Shown here in pieces: positions 36,547 through 48,208 of a DNA stretch of 64,000 nt (position 1 is its first letter; each line of letters starts with the position of its first letter). Position numbers and translations under genes: made by a program. The DNA is from Squalus acanthias (Eukaryota), in assembly GCA_030390025.1 (NCBI GenBank), contig CM059438.1, positions 70,434,001-70,498,000 of the forward strand, written 5' to 3'. The notes under the pieces are model-generated. The model was not told the DNA's origin. It did not search any database and saw nothing but the letters and a program-made list of their open reading frames with translations.

Positions 36547-39500
36547 TGTGCAGTGAAATCGCGGACGAAGGAATTTATGGTTTCATTGCACATAGTGTGC
36601 AGAGGAAATCTCCCCAGTCTGAAAACTTGACACGTCCATAATGTTGTTTCATTCAAATGCCAGTGACAACACTGCAGTGCATACAGAGCAAGAATGGCTA
36701 CTATACAAGTAATAAAACACAGAGATAAAACTGGATCAGAACACCAGTGTAATTTCAAAACTGCTCGTTGTTTAATACTTGGCAGCTACAATTCAAACCA
36801 TAAATTTGTATTGCTGAGGTCAGAACATTTCCAGTTTAACTAATTGTTTACAGGTTGCTAAGAGACCGCCTCCAATAAACTCGTACACTTTTGGTTTTGA
36901 CAGTTAAGAGACAACCGAGCCAAAATTACGACTAGGCAAGCCGAGAGGTCACTTACCATTCCGCTCGGTGGTTTTGTCTCCATCCAGCTGAGTGATGCTG
37001 GTGTTGACTGAAATTTCCTTGAGCACACCTGAGTTTTGACGAGGTGACACTCACCTCTTATAAGTTGACGCATATCAATGGGCAGGAGGTTCCACTTCAG
37101 AATTTCCTGTACTGGGACAAGCCCACCCAAATCTCAGATATTTTGAAAGACTTTGAACGTCTTCACAGATGACTGGTAACTTTTATGGAGGAACAGTTTC
37201 AAAATCTGACATTCTACTCAGTGTTTTATGTTTGCCACAGGAAGTACTTACAGCATGAACTTCCTTTACTTCATTACCTCAAAACAAGTCCAAATTGTGA
37301 CACGAGAATGAGTGTCTTCCAGTTCCTAACTTCTGTAGTGTTTGACACAACGTGAGTTCTCTGCTCAACTACTGTAATAGTTTAGGTTTTCTTATCTCCT
37401 TCTTCTGCTCCCTCTCTGGTGGTAGAGGAGCATGTTGGTAATAAGCACACATTGTGTTGCTGGGGGATTTGGTCCTATGCGTTTCCTCACCTGGCAAGTT
37501 CACAAACTCCTTGCCAATGTCATAAGAACATAAGAAAATTTGAGGACAGAAAAAAGGCCATTTGACTTATCAAAACTCATCCTTCTAGTGTCCTAATTTT
37601 TAGAATCCAGCTATATTTTCTACAACCTTTATTCTGGAGCTCCTTCCCTGCTTGGTAGATTATTCCAAATATTTTTGGTAGATTATTCCAAATATTTAGC
37701 AGTTTTTGAGCAAAGATATTCATCCTACTATCTGTTTAAAATTGGTATCCTCTGGTTCTATTCTCCTGACTTACATTTTAATGTCACTATTGGGAATAGG
37801 CTCAATTGACTGGAAGGCCAGTGTGTTGAAGCCACATTTGATTGCCCATTCACCTGAGTTCCAGGTGGCTCCCTGCAGAGAGGTAGAGAGGCTTATCTCA
37901 GATATCTGCTGGCAATCTGCTAAGAGAAGCAGGCTCCCTGCCTCATTATCTGATCTGCTGGAGTTGCATCATTCTGAAGGGATCAGACAGCGGCAAAAAG
38001 AGAGAATGTACCCTGAAAATGGGAGACCTATTTCAGTATCATTGACCTTCGATACAACTTTAAAGCGGTTTCAATTGGGAAAAGGGAGCAGTTAATACAA
38101 TCTTTACATGAGGTGATTGCATGTTCTGTAAAGTATCTTGTAGTATTTAATGGGTTAGAATGTGGCAGTTGAGAATAAGCACCTACCTTGTTTTGTTGCA
38201 CATCGAATTTTCAATTTGGATGTCCTCAAATTTTTCATGACTACAGCAAGGATAAGCTCAAACCTGCTAGCTGGGATTGAATCTCTCAGTTTCTCTGCTC
38301 TCGAGATGAGATATTACTGACCTCCACCTTGTTTCCATCTACCATTGCAACTGGATGTCATTCGCTGATGCGTTTTCTACAGTTAGACCAGTTAGCCTCT
38401 GCAAGATAAATTCCACCTTCACTAATAATATCAAGCGACTGCAAAGAAAGTCTCAGAATAAGTGTCAAATGCAAATGAAATGAATATTTACAAATATTTT
38501 ACTACAAATTGATAATATACATAATTATAAAGAATAATGGCAAATGACAAGTGTTACAAGCCTGTAACCTAAATTCCAGGTTGTCTGGGCACCAAGAACA
38601 TTCGCCCCGACCCCCCGAGCATAAACCCCCCACCCCCGGACAACAGCCCCTACGTGTACAACACCTCCCAATCCAATAAAGCAAAGCAAATCACAATATA
38701 ATACGCTTAACTGAAACTGCCTCAATTTGTCACACACACACACGCAAAAAATTAAATGAACTAACTATGGTTGCTTTAGGAAAATTGGTTACCATATATG
38801 TTTCTGAGAATTAAAGCAATAACACTAATATAAAGAAATTGCTCTTATTAAATTATTTCCTGGGATCGATCTGAGGGGTGGCCACTGTTAGTGGAACATA
38901 GCTGCTGCCCCATGTGCTGTTTTCTCTCCACTGGTATTATTTAGTGCTTCACCATTTCATTTCACATTGAGATCTATTCATCTTCACTGGTAAAAGTAAC
39001 AGTGCTTTAAAGTGTGGCTATGTCTCATTCAGAGCATGAACCTCGCCTTATTTGGCGTCTTCCACAAAGTCCCACGGTTTCCCTGACCTTCCCGTTCTGC
39101 TGACTGCCTCAAGCTTCTTCTTCGACCATCTTCCGTCGCTGGGACCACGTACACAGCGCAGCACGATGGTCTGACCACAGTCGGTGAACAAAACCCGCAC
39201 ACACTGCGCCCCCTCCCCACGAGCTGGGGGCGGGGGGAGGTGCTCCAATCCTAGTCACTGCCTGCCAGAATTAAGGCGGCACTGTTTAACTTTGTGGACA
39301 GCCTGGCGGGTGACTGCTGAGCTGTGTTCGCAGTGTCCCTGACGGGGGGCCCCCTATTTGGCTCAGGCCTCTGGGCACAAGCCATGCGTTAATGTATCCC
39401 TGCAGGCTCTTGTCATGTTATAAACTCCTTAAATGGTCCAGAATTTGCTGGAGTGGGGCATCTCGCGTTGTGCCCCATTAGACTTATTCCCGAGTCCTTC

Positions 39501-39599
39501 AGCTCTAAAGTTTTTTGCCCTTCAACTTGCTGGAAGTGCGAACTGATAACAGTGCGGCGAGGGCAATGGGGCATCTGGGACCTTGGTGAATGATCGAAC

Positions 39600-40100
39600 C
39601 AACAGTGTATCTCTTTAACCAATGAGATTTTATGATTGGGAAAGAAACAGAGGAACGGCGGAGTAGGAAATAGGGTGAATTAGAGTCAAATCAGATACAG
39701 AACGAGAAATAGAGGGATAGAAAGATTGGATGAAGAGAGAATTAAAATTTTACATTTTAAAAAACTCTCACAACAATTTACTACCTGTAGGAATGAGACG
39801 CCACAGTTTAAATTGTTCCCTTTCTGGGCTGGAGAGATTGAGTGGCATTGCAGGAACATAAATCTTCTCATTAAAAATGTACTTATGCTGTTAAGTAGCA
39901 GCCCTAACCTTCTGCAGTGAGTTTAATGGGTAATTAATGCGCAAATACAGCAATTTCATGAAACTTTCAGGGAGTTTGCGAGGCTAACGGCGGAGCAGTG
40001 CAAATCATTCAACAACTCGTGGTGAATCGCAATCCTCGCCACAAGTTACTAGACGATTCATACATTAATAACAGTGAGTGCCAGTAAACTCGCCGTTATT
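39600..40100. mobile_element. Partial non-autonomous DNA element related to 42193-44408
   Basis: Shares CAACAAT..AGGAATG.GAC.CCACA with 42550-42590. Ends GCAAAATCTGGGCC, like 44396-44408. Confidence 0.55.
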
Positions 40101-41605
40101 TTGGCAGCAAAATCTGGGCCAATGTTTAAGTTTCTTTTATGCTGGGATATTGGCCCTCGAGCAGATAGAGCTTTAATCTTATGCTTCAATCAGCTCTCAG
40201 TTCCCCTATATCAATGTGCTACAATATTTACTGTTACCACAGAAATTAAGATTTTTGGTTAGTAATTAAACGTAAATGATCAGAAGCAAAGTCGAACAGC
40301 AATTTCAACTTTCCAATCATCAACTTTTTTGCCTTTTGTTTTTTGCAACATTTTTGATCTGGCGTTATTGCAAGAATTTGGAACTATAGTAAAATGAATT
40401 GCTTGCAGTCGAAGCTGAACCTGGTCAATAATGGTTTTTACGGCTCTATTACAGAACTTGTGGTTATTGAGGTTGTCATCTTTTATGACAACATCTCAAA
40501 AATGTCGAATGTTTCAACACATACACAGTATTTTGCATTAACCGTTGAATTCATTTTTTAATTAAAATAATTTTTAAAAAGCAGCCGAAAATGAAAAGAG
40601 ACTGAAATTCGATAAGTGCCGTAAAAGTAAATATTTCTCTGGGACGTTTCCATTGCTACTGTGACTGTTAAATTACAAAATAAAAATTGTTCATCTTAGG
40701 AGGCGCGCTGACTGTTTGTGGTTTGAAACCGTAGTTTCGCAGTTAAGAACTGGCCCACTGCGTACGTAACCTGTCTGCAGGTGGACTCATCTCAAAGTCA
40801 TAACAGCATTTGGCAGAATCATCGAAGGTTAAAAGGGCTCCGTTGTAACATACAGGGACAAAAACAGGACAGAAATGTCAGAGATAATGGGCAATATGGG
40901 AGACCACTGCAATTGTTATAATAACCATGTAAGGATGGCTTGGAAGACATGACATATGTGGGTAAACGTTTCTATTGAGATTGCAGCTTTAGGGTATCTC
41001 AAAATACAATTACTGGGGAAATGGCAGTGGACCTGCACATCTGTTGCCACCTATGACAGTCTTGAAGTATCTGTGTTTTTTGGAGGACTACTTGGCTTCC
41101 AAGCTGAAAACTGATGAATCGACAGCCAAGGCCACTCTTTTAGGAGTTAACGCAAGTTCGGTTTCAAATGGATTTTAAATTAGGTTCGTGATGTCATCAA
41201 AAAATGCCTGACATTCACCTTCCTTTGACCGAAACATCACTGACATTGGCTCGTACCCACTACCATTCCTTAATTGTCAGGGTCTGGTAATAGGAGCTGA
41301 CACTTGAGATACACACTAGCAACACCAAGAGTAAGTGAATTAATATCTAGTATGGACTGCAAAAGGAGAATATGACTTACCTGAATTTGAAATTTGATGG
41401 CTGAAGTATTTAGGTTTCTCTTAGTCTCGGCATAGAAACACACAGTCAGCCCATGAGCAACACAGATGAAGGAATTCCGCTGAACAAGCATGTGTTGATA
41501 GGATTGTTGCATTAGCTGAAAAACTCTTGCCTTGTCATTTTAATTTCGCTCCAGTGTTGAAGATCTCATAGAAATGGAGAAATCCCTAAATCTCAAGGAA
41601 GCAAT

Positions 41606-42035
41606 GGGCCTGAATTTGCGGTCGGAGGCTTCCCGCGGGGAAATGCCTCCGATCCGCAGATAAAATCCGCGCCTACCATCTGCCTCGGGATCCACGGAGA
41701 CTCGCGCCCCTGGGACTCTACACGTAGACATGCGTAGAGGCCCACGTATCCCAGGGGCGCAGGCGGTTCACAAGCGCCCCTGGGATCACGTGGGCTGGCC
41801 CAACCAATGAAAGAAGGGGGATCCCCATTCATGCTGATAGAGATTCCAACACCATAAGCATGAATGGGGATCACATTAAAAATACATTTACACAGCAAAT
41901 AAATTTTAAAAAATTACTTACTTAAAATTAATTGAAATACAATTTAATTTAACATTTAAAACAAAAATTAAATTTTTTGAAAAATAAATTTGAACGTTTT
42001 AAAGGGGCTAAAAATAACCTTAACTTATTTTACAG
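41606..42035 (+). mobile_element. MITE-like element (partial), same family as 44605-44983
   Basis: Starts GGGCCTGAATTTGCGGTCGGAGGCTTCCCGC. Roughly 300 bp are an inverted homolog of 44680-44983. Confidence 0.7.
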
Positions 42036-42192
42036 GAAACAGAAGCACAATCCATCAGCTACAGCCTCTGGCTGGGACGCTGGATACATGCACTTGGAAA
42101 AGATTTGGGAGGTTAATTTTACGATTCCAAGATGATCCAATGTTATAATGTGGTTATGAAATTACAGGTAATGGCATCTGATCTAACCTACT

Positions 42193-44408
42193 GGGCTGGA
42201 TTTTGCTCTCAGCAGCGAACGAACGGTGCCAGTCGTTCATTATCCTTGCACTTGCCCATAGTCTTTTTTATGAGCTTTTGCATTGGAACTATCCAAAAAG
42301 TGCAGCGCCCTCTACAGAGCATCTGGGACCTGTGTGAACAGGGCATGCAACTGTGCATTTCATTAACCAATCAGATTGAAGAATCGTTAATGAGCAGCGC
42401 TGATTCTGAACCAGGAAGTGTCAGTTTGAATATTTAATTCAGTAGCAAATCAGGTACAGAAAGCGAAAAAGAGAGGAAAGTAAGATTGGAGCAAGAGAGA
42501 GAGATAAAAGAGACAGAAAGAAAAAGTAAAACAATTTTTTTTTAGATCTCCAACAATAATTAAAATCAGAAGGAATGCGACTCCACACTTGCTAAAATGA
42601 TAATTTTTAGTGCTAGAGAGGTTGTTTGGCAGTAATTAAGACTTACCATGCTATTGAAAGGGTACTCACACTGAAATGGACAAGCCCTAATTTTTTCTGC
42701 CGTGTTTAGTGTGTATCTATCAACCTCACGCTATTCCATGTATTTCAGTGGTGAGTCTCTCGGCGAGATACCATTATCGCACAGTTTCTGGAGGATTTTT
42801 CTCCTCCAAAAAACAACCCTTCACCCCTCTGTCCTTGCAAACTACCGCCCCATCTCCAACCTCCCTTTCCTCTCCAAAGTCCTTGAACGTGTTGTCGCCT
42901 TCCAAATCCGTGCCCATCTTTCCCGCAACTCCATGTTTGAATCCCTCCAATCAGGTTTCCGCCCATGCCAAAGTATTGAAATGGCGCTCATCAAAGTTAC
43001 AAATGACATCCTTTGTAACTGTGACAAAGGTAAACTATCCCTCCTCGTCCTTCTTGACTTGTCTGCAGCCTTTGACACGGTTGACCACTCCATCCTTCTC
43101 CAATGTCTCTCCACCGTCATCCAGCTGGGTGAGACTGCACTCGCCTGGTTCCATTCTCATCTATCTAATCGTAACCAGAGAATCACCTGCGATGACTTCT
43201 CTTCCCGCTCCCGCATCATTACCTCTGGTGTCCCCCAAGGATCTATCCTTGACCCACTCCTATTTCTCATCTACATGCTGCCCCTTGGCGACATCATCCA
43301 AAAACACAGCGTCAGTTTCCACATGTACGCTGACGACACCCAGCTCTACCTCACCACCACTTCTCTCGACCCCTCCATGGTCTCTAAATTGTCAGACTGC
43401 TTGTCCGACATCCAGTTTTGGACAAGCAAAAAATTTCTCCGATTAAATATTGGAAAGAGCAAAGCCATTGTTTTCGGTCCCCGCCACAAACTCCGTTCCC
43501 TAGCCACTGACTCCATCCCTCTTCTTAACATTTGTCTGAGGCTGAACCACACTGTTCGCAACCTTGGTGTCATATTTGACCCTAAAATGAGCTCCCGAGG
43601 CATAACTAAGACCTACTGCCACCTCCGTAACATCGCCCGTCTCCGCCCTTGCCTCAGCTCGTCTGCTGCTGAAACCCTCATCCATGCCTTTGTTACCTCT
43701 AGACTTGACTATTCCAACGCACTCCTGGCTGGCCTCCCACATTCTACTAAACATAAACTTGAGGTGATCCAAAATTCGGCTGCCCCTGTCCTAACTCACA
43801 GCAAGTCCCGTTCACCCATCACTCCTGTGCTCGCTGACCTACATTCACTCCCGGATAAGCAATGCCTTGATTTCAAAATTCTGATCCTTGTTTTCAAATC
43901 TCTCCATGGCCTCGCCCCTCCCTATCTCTGTAATCTCCTCCAGCCTCACAACCTCCCCGAGATATCTGCACGCCTCTAATTCTGCCCTCTTGAGCATCCC
44001 TGATTATAATCCCTCAACCATTGGTGGCCGGGCCTTCAGTTGCCTGGGCCCTAAGCTTTGGAATTCCCTGCCTAAACCTCTCCGCCTCTCTACCTCTCTT
44101 TCCGCCTTTAAGATGCTCCTTAAAACCTACGTCTTTGACCAAGCTTTTGGTCACCTGCCCTAATTTCTCCTTATGTGGCTCGGTGTCAAATTTTTTGTCT
44201 TATAATACTCCTGTGAAGCGACGTTTTACGGCGTTAAAGGCGCTATATAAATTCACGTTGTTGTTACTGTTGTTGAGCAGGGCACCTCGGACAGCAACTT
44301 CCTGATTTATGCATCTAACTGCACATGCGCATGCGCTGGAAGTTGCTGCCCTATTTACATGTTAATAACGGTTAGTCTCAGCGTTATTTTTACCGCAAAA
44401 TCCGGCCC
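42193..44408. mobile_element. Non-autonomous DNA transposon (TIR GGGCYGGATTTTGC) carrying a nested L2
   Basis: GGGCTGGATTTTGC at 42193 and GCAAAATCCGGCCC ending 44408. The L2 occupies ~42800-44277. Confidence 0.7.
42800..44277 (+). mobile_element. 5'-truncated L2 LINE with RT domain
   Basis: NYRPISNLPFLSKVLE, LLDLSAAFDTVDH, GVPQGSIL, HMYADDTQLY, SRLDYSNALL; (TTG)n tail. Confidence 0.95.
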
Positions 44409-44604
44409 TTAGTTTTAACAAAGATTTGGTACCAAGAATTCCGCAGACCTAGTGGTAGGTCAAGTTTTGCCATCAAATCTTCCAGTCAGGTCAAGTTGTT
44501 CTTCAGGAATGCCTACCATATACTTGGCGGTGGAGTGAACTTACATCTGATCGGGGGGAAATTCAGAAAGTGCAACCAGTCCCAACAAGGTTATTGAAGA
44601 TATT

Positions 44605-44983
44605 GGGCCATAATTTGCAGCCACTACGTGTACGTGCCTGTAAGGGCTGCGCAAGTTCTGGGTTTAGATGCCATTTTAATTAATTTTAAATATGTAATTT
44701 TTTTTTATTTATTTGAAATGTAGATGTATTCTTTGGGGTATTCCCATTCATTCAGGCATGAATGGGGATTCCCTTCTGTCATTCGTTGGGCCGGCCCACG
44801 TGATCCCAGGGGCGCTCGCGATCCGCCTGCGCCCCTGAGATATGTGGGCCTCTTCCCACGGGGACCCGGAGAGGCCCAGGACCGTGAGTCTCCGTACCAC
44901 CCAGACCACCAGGTATGCGGGCATTTTATTTGCGGATCGGAGGCCTTTCCCTGCGGGAAGCCTCCGACCGCACATTCAGGGCC
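44605..44983 (-). mobile_element. MITE, inverted homolog of the 41606 element
   Basis: Ends GGGCCCATAATTTGC.. and ..GCACATTCAGGGCC. Internal CGGATCGGAGGC..TTCCC.GCGGGAAGCCTCCGACCGCA hairpin is shared with 41614-41660. Confidence 0.7.
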
Positions 44984-45689
44984 ATTATTCCAGGGGCAAA
45001 TGCTAACAGAATCATCCCTCTGCAGATATGGCAAAGGGGTCAAGCTTCAAACAAAAGTGTGACTACTTTGGTGGTCATAAAGATATGCTCTTTCACTACA
45101 CATGGCCTCTGCTCTCTCCTTGGGATTTTTATTGCATTAAAGGCACCATAAAATTCAAATTGTTGTCGTTCTTAGCATGGAGTCATTACCTACAAGTCAA
45201 GATGCTATTCTCAAGAGATAATTTTCAGCCAGTACTTTTGCTAAATTACCCTTCATAGAGCAGGATCTTCAGCTTTGTGAACTTTTGCTTTGCTCCCTCC
45301 CTAGAATCTGATAGCAAGAATTCTGATAAATATCTGAACATGCATCACCACAGATTACAGGGGGAAAGCATAGATGAGAAAACCATTGCAGAAAAATACT
45401 CCTGTAATAATGAAGTTCATTTCTGATATATCTGGCAGTATTTTATTAATCATCCTGCTGGCAGTGGTTTAATATATGAATTATTCAAGAGGAAAATTAT
45501 TTGTTTTGCTCTGAGACATAAGGATAGGCCTAGAGGCCAGAAGAAAATGCAGATTGGAATGCTGTTTGCTTAGAAAGTGATTTCCAGGTCCATTTCTGAC
45601 GTTAGAAAGAAGTTCATGATGGTCATAATACTCCTAATCATTCAGACAGCAGATGAAGAAGAATGGCTGTATGCCCAAAATCTAAATGA

Positions 45690-46200
45690 TATATGTTGTT
45701 TCCCATTGCCTTATTCAGTAACAGCAGTAAACCTTAGCTTAATGGATTGCATATCTACCCATACTTAGATGACTGGCTGGTGAGAGTCCACTTCAGGAAG
45801 AGGCCAAGAGAGCTCTCCGCAGACAGTCTCCACTTTCAGACAGTTGGGTTTCCTGATAAACCTGGATGGGTTCCAGATGGAATCTTTCCAGGATATTGCT
45901 TTCATAGAAATTGGATTCCAGGCCGTCCCAGGACTAGCCTCCCTGCCAGAGGAGCACTTTCTGGACATCGAGAAACAACTTGTATCTTTTTCACCAGTCT
46001 CTGGAATCCCAGCCAGAACCCTTGGGATGAAAGCAATAGCCACCTTTGTCACATCAGTTGCCAAATCCATTATGAAACCTCCTGAAACTAACACGTTGGT
46101 CGCACAATCACTTGTACATTGCAATTGGTGTCAGTCAGCACTGCATCATCAGAGGTTTCTCTGTGGCTGAAAGACTGAGCAATGTTCAGACAGGTGTCAC
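45690..46200 (+). mobile_element. DIRS-like (tyrosine-recombinase retroelement) RT remnant
   Basis: IYPYLDDWLV followed in another frame by LGFLINL, matching the YLDDWL...LGFxIN pattern of DIRS RTs. Heavily frameshifted. Confidence 0.6.
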
Positions 46201-47650
46201 ATTACAACAACCGCCTTAGTTTTGACATTGAGACAAATAAATCTTTAATGGCCAGGGTGCATATCTGTGGAAGAGGTTAGCACAAGGATAATGATGTGCA
46301 GGGACACAGTGCTGTACAAGCAGACTGAAGTTATCACTGATTTTACTAGCTCGTGAATATGAATGCTACTTCAAACTGTTCAGTCCTTAGGTGTGTGGTC
46401 AATTGGTCATTCTGTGGACAAATAAAATTTGCTGTGATGTTCCAGAGATTGGGTTTTCATGCAGGAGAGAAATTTCCAGCCTTAATTGACGAGAAACATG
46501 GGATCATGAGGGGATTCTCCTTAGGAAAGTCATTGCTCCAATAATAGTTACCCAGATAGATATATTGCCATGAGAGTAAGAGCTGAAGAGTCTTTGTTCC
46601 ATGAATAAAGACTACAGATCCTCATCCCTAATGACCTGTTCTTACCATGGGAAGAAGGTTCTTAAATTCATTCTTCCTATTCCTTCTGACTCTTGGGAGG
46701 AGACATCCTGAGTGTTCATTATTACAGCACATTGGTCATGAGATTTTAGTTCATCTGATTATTCTCACTCTGAAGAGTTAGTTTTTGTCTCAAACAGACA
46801 GGGCAATCAATTGTCCTAGACTAGAGCACTCTGATTAAGTATCTCACTGAAGGTCAATTATTTTACAAGGAAAAAATGGTATGGCCTACCAAAGCCGCTT
46901 TCACCAAAGCTCACTAAAAAATCACAACGAATTTGGCAAAGCGTAATGGTAGCTTTGTGAAATTTTCACACACTATCCACTGGAACTGTGGAAAGCACGC
47001 AGCAGTATAGTTATAGTAAAACCAAGGTTGAAGGACGTGCAGAATTACCCCTCGCCCCATCCAACAGGTTATAGAGTTCGGACTTGAGGCTTCTGAGAAA
47101 TTACACCAGACACACCGGTTCTGTCTTTAACCTTTTATTGTTCCTAAGACAGATTCAAAACCCCAACCACTATTCGAGCAGCACACCAATAATGTTGCAA
47201 GAAATCATACATACAACCACCCGCAGATGATCAGTCCAGCGTTGATTGTAGGCCACTTCCTTTCGACTGCAGCTCTTCACCTTGAGACGGTCAGCCAGGC
47301 CCCTCCTTCCGACTGCAGTGCCGATATTTTTATAAAGTTTTCCTTGCCTTTTTCAGTAAATCAATCATTCAGAGATGGTGAGATGTTCCTTTAATGTTCG
47401 ACCGAAGTTGTTTGAGCTGTCAAACTTTCACACTCACACACCCTGTGTGGTTATCTGTTAGCTGCCTTTATCAAAGCTCAAAATTGTTCATTCACTCATA
47501 AAAGTTTACAAAAGTGGTAGTAAACCATTTGGTCACATTTCACGTGTTATTTCGCATCCTGTATTTCAGAATTCCAAAGGTTTGACTCCTCCTCTTTAGC
47601 CATCAAAAGTCGTTCTACAACCTTGTGGCCTGTTTTGTTGTAGACACGAA

Positions 47651-48208
47651 GGGCTGGATTTTGTCTTGGGGTCGGGTTGGGGTCGTGTCCTCCACATTTC
47701 GTGTTTCCCCCCCGACTCCAGATTAATGTGGATGAATGATGCAATTTTAACTTAATTGGGCAATTGAGTTCCAGCATGTGGGAACCCATGAACCAATTAG
47801 TGGTTTCAGCCTGAAACCCGCCTCTGATGATGTCATCGTTGCTGACTGCCTGCTCTCAGAGATTGTCTGGCTGCTGGTGAGAGAGGACCTGCCTGGCTTT
47901 TGATGTCAGCTACCCACTTGTGCTCCTGCCAGGTTTCACTGGAGTGTTTCACACCAGGCGTACTTCACGTCAGAAAAGGGTTAAACTAGCTACAACGATT
48001 CAAAATAGCATTACAGACCCAATTTAGGGCTTGTTAAGGGCTGTAATGGCCTCTCCCGCCTCTTGGAGGCGGGACGGAAACGGGAACCCCGTGACTGATT
48101 TTGTCAAAATTGCGTGGAGTTGGGATGGGGTCGGAAACCCCGACCCCGCAAATTTAACCCCCCACATGCCTCCAAACCCGACTCCATGGGTCATTCAAAA
48201 TCCAGCCC
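47651..48208. mobile_element. Tourist-like (PIF/Harbinger) MITE with perfect 13-bp TIR and 3-bp TSD GAA
   Basis: GAA|GGGCTGGATTTTG ... CAAAATCCAGCCC|GAA. Confidence 0.85.

Noticed and set aside
37652..37697. 23-nt tandem duplication TTGGTAGATTATTCCAAATATTT x2
   Set aside because: Only two adjacent units with no spacer; an ordinary local duplication, not a CRISPR-like array.
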